In this document: positions 16,863-24,452 of the stretch, one piece after another
How the letters are laid out: each line of letters starts with the position of its first letter
Numbering within the stretch: the stretch's first letter is position 1
Assembly (NCBI GenBank): GCA_002783105.1
Contig: PFJN01000068.1
Location: 1-49,768, forward strand
DNA length: 49,768 nucleotides
DNA from: Candidatus Pacebacteria bacterium CG_4_10_14_3_um_filter_34_15
GTDB taxonomy: Bacteria; Patescibacteriota; Microgenomatia; UBA1400; PJMF01
Direction: 5' to 3'
Position numbers and translations under genes: made by a program
The notes under the pieces: model-generated
Told to the model about the DNA's origin: nothing
What the model saw: the letters and a program-made list of their open reading frames with translations, nothing else
Databases searched by the model: none

Positions 16863-18146
16863 TTATTTTCCTAAAAAGAATCTATCGTAAATCTTTTTCA
16901 CTTTTTGAGCGGAGCTTTTCCAAGTTTGGGAATCAATATTTTTTAACTGCTCATTCACAACAGTATTGGAATATTGTTTGTCTCCAACCAAGTTAACGAT
17001 AGTTTCTGACATTTTCTTAATATCCCAAAAGTCGATCATTTTAGCACCGGTCAAAACTTCACCGACTCCTGAATTTTTTGAAACTATAACTGGAGTGTGT
17101 CTTTGGGCAGCCTCCATTGCAACCAAACCAAAAGGTTCAGAAACAGAAGGCATTACAAACACGTCAGCGCGATCAAGTAATTTATTTTTTTGTTTGTTTC
17201 TGACAAAACCGCTAAAAACAACTGATGCCGAAAGATTACTATTGGCTGTTTTAAATAAAAGTTCGTGATACATATCGCCAGAACCAGCAACAACAAAAAG
17301 TGCATTTGGAATACTTTTGAGAACTTCACTGGCTAAGTCTAAAAAGTAAGTAGCACCTTTTTGCAAAGTGAGTCTACCCATAAAAACAATCACTGGCCTT
17401 TTTTGTGCAAAATGATGATTACCAAAATCAGGAGGAGTATTTAATTTGGAAATTCCATTATGAATAACGCTAATTTTATTAGCATCAACTCCATATTTAC
17501 GAACTAACAGATTTTTGGTGTAGTAGCTAACCGCAATAACATGGTTAGCTGAGTTCATACCAGCATACTCAACCCCGACAATATATTGATTGCCCGAATT
17601 TAAACCAGCTCGATCAAACTCGGTGGAATGGACATGAGCAATCATTGGTTTGCCAGTTTTTCGCTTCAACTCTTCTGCAGCCGGAAAAGACATCCAATCA
17701 TGAGCATGAATCACATCAAAATCATTTTTTATTGCTTGTCCCGCCTGACCAACAACTTCAGCATATTCATTAACCCTTTTTTCAAGTTCAGATTCTGGAA
17801 GCTTGCGCAACTTAGATAGATCAAAAGAATATCCAGAGTTTTCAATTGGACCAATTGAACCTAAAGAACCCATTGGATGAGTTTTAATAAATTCTTGAGA
17901 ATAGGCAAAAAATGGAGGACCATATGTATCATTATTTTTTGAATTATTTTTCCAATTTGGGTGAGTGCAACCGATAATATCCATGTGAGCAACTGGAGAT
18001 CTCACATCATACGGAAGTGAAAACTTAATTTTGGTATTTTGTTTTGCTAATTCTTCAGTTAAACCCTGACAAGCGACGCCAAGTCCTCCACTATTATCAG
18101 GAGGATATTCCCAGCCAACCATGAAAACTTTATTACTTTTGCCCAT
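16863..18146 (-). CDS. GT4/GT5 retaining glycosyltransferase, glycogen-synthase-like
   Basis: N-terminal WEYPPDNSGGLGV (the KxGGL-like motif of glucan synthases) and the E-x7-E motif EPFGLVAMEA. Confidence 0.8.
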   Translation of the reverse strand: MGKSNKVFMVGWEYPPDNSGGLGVACQGLTEELAKQNTKIKFSLPYDVRSPVAHMDIIGCTHPNWKNNSKNNDTYGPPFFAYSQEFIKTHPMGSLGSIGPIENSGYSFDLSKLRKLPESELEKRVNEYAEVVGQAGQAIKNDFDVIHAHDWMSFPAAEELKRKTGKPMIAHVHSTEFDRAGLNSGNQYIVGVEYAGMNSANHVIAVSYYTKNLLVRKYGVDANKISVIHNGISKLNTPPDFGNHHFAQKRPVIVFMGRLTLQKGATYFLDLASEVLKSIPNALFVVAGSGDMYHELLFKTANSNLSASVVFSGFVRNKQKNKLLDRADVFVMPSVSEPFGLVAMEAAQRHTPVIVSKNSGVGEVLTGAKMIDFWDIKKMSETIVNLVGDKQYSNTVVNEQLKNIDSQTWKSSAQKVKKIYDRFFLGK

Positions 18147-18335
18147 ATTCTTTCTTCACCACATCAACAAAATACTAGTTTAGTGTGTTACTTAAGTCTA
18201 GTCTTTTTTGGGTACAGTTTTCAAGGGGAGTTTTGGTGAAAAACTACAAATCTCAATCAAAACTTACTTTTGAATTTGGCACGATACATTCCACAAAACT
18301 AACCTTGAGAATTGCACCCCAAATAGGATAAACTA

Positions 18336-19199
18336 ATGTTAGGCCAAAATAATATGCTTGCCCAAGAAATTTCAAATTTAGCTATCGAAATAAGAGAAAA
18401 CCTCATAAAAATGCTGCTGGAAGCTGGAAGCGGACATCCAGCCGGAGCACTTGGAATGGCTGACGTTCTTGCCACCCTTTATTTTGATGTCCTCAAACAT
18501 GATCCTTCAAATCCAACTTGGGAAGAACGAGATCGAGTCGTGTTATCAAATGGTCATATTTGTCCTGGATTTTATGCTACGCTTGCAGAAGCTGGATATT
18601 TTCCTAAATCAGAGCTCATGAGCCTGAGAAAAATTGATTCGCGACTTCAAGGCCACCCTCATTACAACCTAGAAATTGGCATTGAAAATACATCTGGACC
18701 CCTAGGACAAGCTCTCTCTCAAGCCATTGGCATGGCCACCGCATTTAAATTAGACCAAAAACCAAATCGAGTTTATTGCCTCATGAGTGATGGCGAACAA
18801 CAAGAAGGCCAAAATTGGGAAGCATTTATGTATGCAGGAGACAGAAGACTCAATAATTTAACAGTTTTAATTGATAGAAATAATATCCAGATTAGTGGCT
18901 ACACCGAAGACGTCATGCCACTCCAACCCTTCAAACATAAACTAGAAGCATTTAGATGGAATGTCCTTGATATTGACGGACACAACATTGAAGCAATTAT
19001 TGACGCCTGTCATCAAGCTCAAGCAATCCAAGAACAACCCACTGCAATCATCTGCAATACTATACCTGGAAAAGACGTAGATTTTATGGAAAACTTACCA
19101 TATTGGCACGGAAAACCACCTAGCAAAAAAGAAGCTGCAGAAGCAATCGACGAGCTTGAAGAATTGGAAGAAGAAAATCTGGCTCAAAGTAAAATATAA
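18336..19199 (+). CDS. transketolase, N-terminal (ThDP-binding) subunit
   Basis: Motifs GSGHPAGALGMADV, SNGHICPGFYA and SDGEQQEGQNWEA. ATG 18354 is an alternative start. Confidence 0.93.
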   Translation: MLGQNNMLAQEISNLAIEIRENLIKMLLEAGSGHPAGALGMADVLATLYFDVLKHDPSNPTWEERDRVVLSNGHICPGFYATLAEAGYFPKSELMSLRKIDSRLQGHPHYNLEIGIENTSGPLGQALSQAIGMATAFKLDQKPNRVYCLMSDGEQQEGQNWEAFMYAGDRRLNNLTVLIDRNNIQISGYTEDVMPLQPFKHKLEAFRWNVLDIDGHNIEAIIDACHQAQAIQEQPTAIICNTIPGKDVDFMENLPYWHGKPPSKKEAAEAIDELEELEEENLAQSKI

Positions 19200-19204
19200 A
19201 TATA

Positions 19205-20179
19205 ATGAAACTAACTGATTATTTAAATAATCCAACCTATGGTTCAACTAGAGATGGTTTTGGAGTGGGCTTGAAAGATCTGGGCGGACAAAATGTTCAG
19301 GTAATTGTTTTGTGCGCTGATTTATCAGAATCAACCAGGGTCAATTGGTTCAAAGAAGCATTTCCAGATAGATATCTAGAAATGGGAGTCGCCGAAGAAA
19401 ATATGATTGGTATCGCTGCTGGTCTAGCTCTAGCCGGCAAAATTCCATATGCTATAAGTTATTCAACATTTGTGGTTAATAATGCACTCGGTCCAATCAG
19501 ATCTTCCGTTTGCTATACAAATACTAATGTAAAAATTGTTGGAGGTCACGCTGGTTTTTCAGCTGGTCCTGACGGAGCAACCCACCAAGCTCTTGAAGAT
19601 ATTGCCACCATGAGAGTCTTGCCAAACATGAAAGTCATTGTACCTTGCGACCAAGAAGAATCAAGAAAAGCTACGATCGCAATTTCCAAAGAAGTTGGTC
19701 CATATTATCTAAGAGTTGGCAAATTTCAATCCTTAAATATTACAACCAAGGAAACTCCATTTGAAATTGGTAAAGCCACAACTCTCAAAGATGGTAGTGA
19801 CCTGACAATAATTGCTTGTGGGTCAATGGTAGCGGAATGTTTGACTGTCGCCCACAAACTTGAAAAAGATTACTCAATCGAAGTAATTAACATGCACACC
19901 ATAAAACCACTTGACTATGAATCCATCCTCAAATCAGTTAAAAAAACTGGAGCTGTTTTAACAGTAGAAGAACATCAAAAAGCTGGCGGACTTGGGAGCG
20001 CAGTAGCAGAGTTTCTATCTCAGCCAGCTTTAACTAGACTTAAAAATTCAATTCCAATGAAAATTATTGGCGTAGATGATTCTTTTGGAGAGTCTGGAAC
20101 TGTAAAAGAACTTTTGGAAAAACACAAACTTACAGCTATCTATATTACTAAAGAAATTGATATACTTATGACAAGGTGA
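19205..20179 (+). CDS. transketolase, C-terminal (pyrimidine-binding) subunit
   Basis: Motifs GVAEENMIGIAAGLA and GPDGATHQALEDIATMR. The TGA stop lies inside the first REP-like unit. Confidence 0.93.
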   Translation: MKLTDYLNNPTYGSTRDGFGVGLKDLGGQNVQVIVLCADLSESTRVNWFKEAFPDRYLEMGVAEENMIGIAAGLALAGKIPYAISYSTFVVNNALGPIRSSVCYTNTNVKIVGGHAGFSAGPDGATHQALEDIATMRVLPNMKVIVPCDQEESRKATIAISKEVGPYYLRVGKFQSLNITTKETPFEIGKATTLKDGSDLTIIACGSMVAECLTVAHKLEKDYSIEVINMHTIKPLDYESILKSVKKTGAVLTVEEHQKAGGLGSAVAEFLSQPALTRLKNSIPMKIIGVDDSFGESGTVKELLEKHKLTAIYITKEIDILMTR

Positions 20180-20276
20180 ATTGCGAAGCAAGAGAGGGTG
20201 CCCTGGGGTACAAGGTGAATATGGAAAATAAAAACTATAAGGTGAATTGCAAAGCAAGAGAAGATGCCCTGGGGTA
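20172..20276 (+). repeat. REP-like structured repeat cluster, locus A (unit 20172-20210, partial 20211-20220, unit 20238-20276)
   Basis: caaggtgaattgcgaagcaagagagggtgccctggggta, then caaggtgaat, then taaggtgaattgcaaagcaagagaagatgccctggggta. These are related to 45330-45409 and 22238-22277. Confidence 0.85.
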
Positions 20277-21180
20277 TAAAATTTCGATTATCGGTTGCGG
20301 AAAAGTTGGCATGACCACTGCCTACTCAATTCTTCATGATGGAGTTGTAAACGATTTACTCCTAGTAGACAGAAATAAAAGCAAAATAATTGGCGAACAA
20401 CTAGACCTTGAGCATGGTCTTAGCTTTCTTCACCATGCCCATATAGATGCAACTGATGATTATGCAAATATCAAAGGAAGCGATCTTGTAATTATTACAG
20501 CTGGAGTAGCTCAAAGACCTGGAGACACCAGGCTTGATCTAGCCAATAAGAATCTTAAAATAATTGGAGAAGTTATTCCTAAAATTGTGCAACACTCGCC
20601 AGAAAGTATAATCTTAATAGTTTCCAATCCAGTCGACGTGCTTACATACAAAGCTTATCAACTTGCTGGCTTACCAAAAGGCAGAATTTTTGGATCGGGG
20701 ACTACTCTGGACACCGCTCGTTTTAGATTTCATTTATCAGAATTTTTGAAGGTTAATCCTCGAAGTATCCACGCATATATTTTAGGAGAACACGGCGATA
20801 ACTCTTTTCCAGTCATTTCTAGCGCATCTGTCGGTGGGCAACCTTTAGCAACCATACCAGGTTTTTCTGAAGAAAGAGCTGAAAAAGCATACTCAAAAGC
20901 TAGAGACGCCGCATACAAAATAATTGCCTCAAAAGGTGCAACTTATTACGCAATTGGGGCTGTAGTTGCTCATATTTCCAGAATGGTTTTGACCGATGAC
21001 AAATCAATCTTACCTGTTTCAATTCCATTACACGGATACAAAGATATTAGTGGTATTGCTCTAAGCGTCCCATGTATTGTTGGAAGAGATGGAGTTGAAA
21101 AAATCTTAGACGTAAAAATGTCTTGGGATGAAAAGAAAAAACTCCAAAACGCCGCTGAAGTTCTAAAAAAGTTATTGTAA
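20221..21180 (+). CDS. ldh: L-lactate dehydrogenase
   Basis: IIGCGKVG Rossmann motif; AGVAQRPGDTRLDL, where Gln rather than Arg indicates LDH rather than MDH; and LGEHGDNS. The start is uncertain: ATG 20221 is the only in-frame ATG upstream of the Rossmann motif, and it puts repeat unit A2 inside the first 20 codons. Confidence 0.85.
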   Translation: MENKNYKVNCKAREDALGYKISIIGCGKVGMTTAYSILHDGVVNDLLLVDRNKSKIIGEQLDLEHGLSFLHHAHIDATDDYANIKGSDLVIITAGVAQRPGDTRLDLANKNLKIIGEVIPKIVQHSPESIILIVSNPVDVLTYKAYQLAGLPKGRIFGSGTTLDTARFRFHLSEFLKVNPRSIHAYILGEHGDNSFPVISSASVGGQPLATIPGFSEERAEKAYSKARDAAYKIIASKGATYYAIGAVVAHISRMVLTDDKSILPVSIPLHGYKDISGIALSVPCIVGRDGVEKILDVKMSWDEKKKLQNAAEVLKKLL

Positions 21181-21196
21181 AAATGAGAATCAACAA

Positions 21197-21224
21197 GTCG
21201 CTATTGGGAATCAGCGATTTTTTT
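21197..21224 (+). terminator. weak intrinsic terminator after ldh
   Basis: UCGCU (21198-21202) pairs with AGCGA (21213-21217) and is followed by U7 (21218-21224). The stem is only 5-6 bp. Confidence 0.4.
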
Positions 21225-21245
21225 ACTGGAGAATTAATAGCTACT

Positions 21246-22151
21246 TCACAGCTGACAATTTGGACAAAAGAATGTTCCTCTGCCACCGACTTTTATTTTT
21301 TCTATAAAGCCAGCACAATTTTTGCATTTTTGACCTTCGCGACCATAGACGAGCACTTCATCCTGATATTTTCCAGCAGAACCATCGACATCTCTATAAT
21401 CACTGATAGTTGCACCGCCCAACTTTATTCCTAAATTAATAACTTTTTTTAATGATTTTAATAAAGTTTCAGCTTCCTTGGCAGACAATGAATTTGCACT
21501 ACGGACAGGGTGAATTTTTGCCAAATTTAAGCCATCACAAGCATAAATATTGCCCACTCCAGAAATAATTTTATTATCCATTATTACTTGTTTAATTTTT
21601 CTGCTGGTATTTTGAAGTTTACTTTTAAAATATTCTTCAGAAGCTTCTGGAGTATTTATATCTGGACCATATTTTTGATACTCCGTTTCAACCTGATCGT
21701 CAGTCATAACCCTAAGCCAGCCAAAAACTCTTATGTCATTAAAAAAAAGGTGAGATTGTTTTTGCTGATTTTTACTCCCTTGCAAAATATTTTCACCTAA
21801 GTCGTTTTCAACATCTGCTCCCAACAAATCAATTTCAACCCTGGTGTGTTTCGATGGTAAACTGCCAATCCAATCTTGGCTTGGATGACCCCCTCCCAAT
21901 TTTTTATTTCCATCAACAAAAATAAACTGCCCAGTCATTTTGAGATGAGCAAGAATGTTCATGTTGTTCGGAAAGTGAAATCTAATTAGTTTAGCTCTTC
22001 TGGAAACTTTTAGAATTGGCTGACCAACAATTTGAGAAATATCACCTTGAAAACTTTTTTCGCGATTAACCCTAATTGCACTCACCAGCTTAGTATTTAA
22101 AACTGAATGAAGCTTTTTAACTATTGTTTCTACTTCTGGAAGTTCTGGCAT
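21246..22151 (-). CDS. mutM: formamidopyrimidine-DNA glycosylase
   Basis: N-terminal MPELPEVET and the C-terminal zinc finger CKNC...CPNCQ. It also has an internal insertion of about 30 aa. Confidence 0.92.
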   Translation of the reverse strand: MPELPEVETIVKKLHSVLNTKLVSAIRVNREKSFQGDISQIVGQPILKVSRRAKLIRFHFPNNMNILAHLKMTGQFIFVDGNKKLGGGHPSQDWIGSLPSKHTRVEIDLLGADVENDLGENILQGSKNQQKQSHLFFNDIRVFGWLRVMTDDQVETEYQKYGPDINTPEASEEYFKSKLQNTSRKIKQVIMDNKIISGVGNIYACDGLNLAKIHPVRSANSLSAKEAETLLKSLKKVINLGIKLGGATISDYRDVDGSAGKYQDEVLVYGREGQKCKNCAGFIEKIKVGGRGTFFCPNCQL

Positions 22152-22165
22152 AATAAAAATATGAT

Positions 22166-22183
22166 TGTGGGTCCGCCGGGACT
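22166..22183 (-). repeat. duplicate of the tRNA-Lys 3' end (att-like direct repeat)
   Basis: tgtgggtccgccgggact is identical to 22341-22358 (the 3' acceptor strand and T-arm half of tRNA-Lys plus 2 flanking nt). The flank aaatat is also shared, with a 4-nt indel. Confidence 0.85.
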
Positions 22184-22237
22184 TACCCTCGTCATGCTCA
22201 AGTTATATTTTTCAAGAGAATTTCGCTTGATCGGGCA

Positions 22238-22277
22238 GAAGGTGAATTGCGCAAACAAGAGAAGCTGGCCTGGGCCA
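22238..22277 (+). repeat. REP-like structured repeat, degenerate copy (locus C)
   Basis: gaaggtgaattgcgcaaacaagagaagctggcctgggcca. The first 13 nt after the initial base match locus A. The second hairpin is retained through compensatory changes. Confidence 0.7.
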
Positions 22278-22300
22278 CGTGACGTCCCAGCTAATTTAAC

Positions 22301-22341
22301 ATATTTCCAAAAATCTAGCTTCGCTAGGTTTTTGGAAATAT
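22301..22341 (-). terminator. long hairpin immediately downstream of tRNA-Lys (terminator-like)
   Basis: atatttccaaaaatctagc / gctaggtttttggaaatat forms a stem of about 17 bp with one G.U pair, beginning 2 nt after the tRNA 3' end. The trailing U-tract is weak. Confidence 0.55.
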
Positions 22342-22342
22342 G

Positions 22343-22416
22343 TGGGTCCGCCGGGACTCGAACCCGGGACGCACAGCTTAAAAGGCTGTCGCTCTAACCG
22401 ACTGAGCTACGGACCC
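22343..22416 (-). tRNA. tRNA-Lys (anticodon UUU)
   Basis: The reverse complement folds as a cloverleaf: acceptor GGGTCCG/CGGACCC, D arm GCTC-AGTCGGTTA-GAGC, anticodon arm ACAGC-CTTTTAA-GCTGT, T arm CCGGG-TTCGAGT-CCCGG, discriminator A. CCA is not encoded. Confidence 0.95.
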
Positions 22417-22582
22417 TCACAAATCTATTTTAACATAGCCGAGTATACTTGCGCATCTCGACAAACAAGCATTATATCAAATATTGAACAATAATTAATA
22501 CACAAAGTCATCAATTATTGCAAACTCAAGATACTACTTGTCAAAACTCGAGTTTTTTTAGATACTATAAGAGTAAACTATT

Positions 22583-24346
22583 ATGCTTAACACTGAAAAA
22601 CTACTATATATCCTACCTGACCTGACTTATTTAGCTGAGTTACTTCCTGGAAAAAAAGAACATACATATACAATTCAATCTTTTAAACAAATAAACGGCA
22701 ATTTTTTGGATGACAACGAATTCATTTCTGCCAACATTCAAAAATTGTTTACTAAGATAGACAAAGAAGAATATCACCTGATTTTACCAGACTTTCTTTT
22801 CACCAATACTATCGTCAATGTTGATGACGAATCTAAAGCAGGAACCTTAGCTCACGTCAGGGGAAAACTACTTCCAGCCTCGAATCTAAGTGATGAAACT
22901 CATGAAATTGAATTAACAGTTTTAAACAGTTTTAAAGGAAAATCTAGAGTTCAAATTTCAGCAATTGAAAAAGAATTACTCGCACCTGTGAGAGTAGCTG
23001 CAGATAAATCTAAAATAGTCATTAAAGCTGTTTCTCCCTTAAGTTGGGCAATAAAATCAATTGTATCTCTGGAACCATCAATTACGGTTTTACAAATTGG
23101 TAGCAATTTATATAGCTCTCAACATTACATTGGCATCGATCAAACAAATAATTTTCCTGTAGATGAACTTTCTTCGATCGTTGAGACTATTAAAACTCTA
23201 AAAGGTGCTGAGCCATCAATACAAACAATTTATCTTGCGTCTAGTTCATTAATAGAGGAAAAATTTAAAGAGGAGCTTGGCGGAACTCTGCCAATTCAAC
23301 AATTAGCTACATACAAAGAAGAAGATTCAAAAATGCCTTCTTACGTTAAATATATTATTGAATCTTGTATGAGAACACTGTCTATACCAGACTATCCAGT
23401 TCCAAAATTTAAACTTGGAAAAGCATCCAAAGAAGAAGAGGCAATTGTTGACTCTGCTCAAAAAACAGAAAAAGATGATAGAGTAACAACAGAGAAAGAA
23501 TTAAATAGTAAAAATACTGCCCCAACCGATCTTCCTGAACCATCAAAAGTTCCCGAATTAATGGTTTCGGCAAAAATAGAGGATGCCGTTATGCCAAAAA
23601 CTGATGTCACAATTGAGGAACCTTCGAAAGAAGTTGTCGATGTAAAAGAAATCACTGATGATGAAAAAGAAAAGTCTGAAGTCAAAGTTGAAGCAAAAGA
23701 AGAAATTGCCAAAGACAAAGATGCAATAAATCTAGCTCAATTCGCAGGAAAAAAAGATGATAACAAAGATAAAGAAGCAAAAAGCGAAACTGTCGAAACA
23801 AAACCAGTTACGGAAAGTGTGACTGAAACTAAAAGTTCAAAAAAAGTAATAAAAAATTCATCGGGAGTAAACAATATGTTAAAAATGGTTTTCATAACTT
23901 TAGCTGTGTTTTTCATTACCATCGCAATTGGAGTTGGAGTTGGACTAGGACTACTAAAAATGTCTGATAAAAATTCAAACGAAGAAGTAACACCTGTTGT
24001 TATCACAGACCCAGAAGCAACCCCAGAAGTAGCAGCTACTCCAGAGCCAGTGGTAGAAATAAATAAAGCAGAGCTTTCACTTTTAGTGGTTAATGCGACC
24101 TCAAAAGCTGGCTATGCAGGAAAAATAAAGGCACTTCTAATAGATGCCGAGATACCAGGAGCAACTGCTGGTAACGCTGAAGGTAAATACGATGAAGGTA
24201 CCAATTATATCTTAATGACAGAGGAAAATCCTCAACTAGTGACCTTATTAGAAGAAGCTACTGGTTTAGATTTAACTTATGCTTCTGGAGTTGAGATTGA
24301 AGACCCTGATAAAGATTACGACGCAGTTATAGTACTTTCAAAGTAA
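22583..24346 (+). CDS. single-pass membrane protein: unknown N-terminal cytoplasmic domain, Lys/Glu-rich linker, TM helix, C-terminal LytR_C domain
   Basis: TM helix MLKMVFITLAVFFITIAIGVGVGLGLL. The C-terminus LSLLVVNATSKAGYAGKIKALL...YDAVIVLSK fits the LytR_C (LytR/CpsA/Psr C-terminal) pattern. Confidence 0.7.
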   Translation: MLNTEKLLYILPDLTYLAELLPGKKEHTYTIQSFKQINGNFLDDNEFISANIQKLFTKIDKEEYHLILPDFLFTNTIVNVDDESKAGTLAHVRGKLLPASNLSDETHEIELTVLNSFKGKSRVQISAIEKELLAPVRVAADKSKIVIKAVSPLSWAIKSIVSLEPSITVLQIGSNLYSSQHYIGIDQTNNFPVDELSSIVETIKTLKGAEPSIQTIYLASSSLIEEKFKEELGGTLPIQQLATYKEEDSKMPSYVKYIIESCMRTLSIPDYPVPKFKLGKASKEEEAIVDSAQKTEKDDRVTTEKELNSKNTAPTDLPEPSKVPELMVSAKIEDAVMPKTDVTIEEPSKEVVDVKEITDDEKEKSEVKVEAKEEIAKDKDAINLAQFAGKKDDNKDKEAKSETVETKPVTESVTETKSSKKVIKNSSGVNNMLKMVFITLAVFFITIAIGVGVGLGLLKMSDKNSNEEVTPVVITDPEATPEVAATPEPVVEINKAELSLLVVNATSKAGYAGKIKALLIDAEIPGATAGNAEGKYDEGTNYILMTEENPQLVTLLEEATGLDLTYASGVEIEDPDKDYDAVIVLSK

Positions 24347-24355
24347 AACTGTATC

Positions 24356-24383
24356 TTGTCCTTGCTGGAAGACGAGTTATAAT
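24356..24383 (+). promoter_or_regulatory. candidate sigma70-type promoter of the atp operon
   Basis: TTGTCC (24356-24361), a 16-nt spacer, then TATAAT (24378-24383), about 70 nt upstream of atpB. Confidence 0.45.
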
Positions 24384-24452
24384 TCAAATCGTATTTACAT
24401 ATTTAATGTGCGTTTGATTAGTCGAAAAAATTAATAATTAAGAAAAAAAACT

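Noticed and set aside
20176-20220. GTG-initiated extension of the ldh ORF overlapping the transketolase stop
   Set aside because: The extension consists of the first REP-like unit. ATG 20221, with the upstream AAGGTGA, is the more plausible start.
22184-22342. Segment ending in a tRNA-like 3' end as a tmRNA or second tRNA gene
   Set aside because: On the minus strand only the last 18 nt match a tRNA. There is no T-arm 5' strand, D arm or anticodon arm, and it is far too short for tmRNA.
22107-22397. 96-aa plus-strand ORF
   Set aside because: It spans the mutM start, the att-like repeat, the REP-like unit and most of tRNA-Lys on the opposite strand; this is a non-coding region.
23458-24006. 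Two antisense ORFs (86 and 89 aa) inside the 22583-24346 gene
   Set aside because: They are shadows of the Lys/Glu-rich low-complexity coding region (Ser/Phe/Thr-rich antisense translation).
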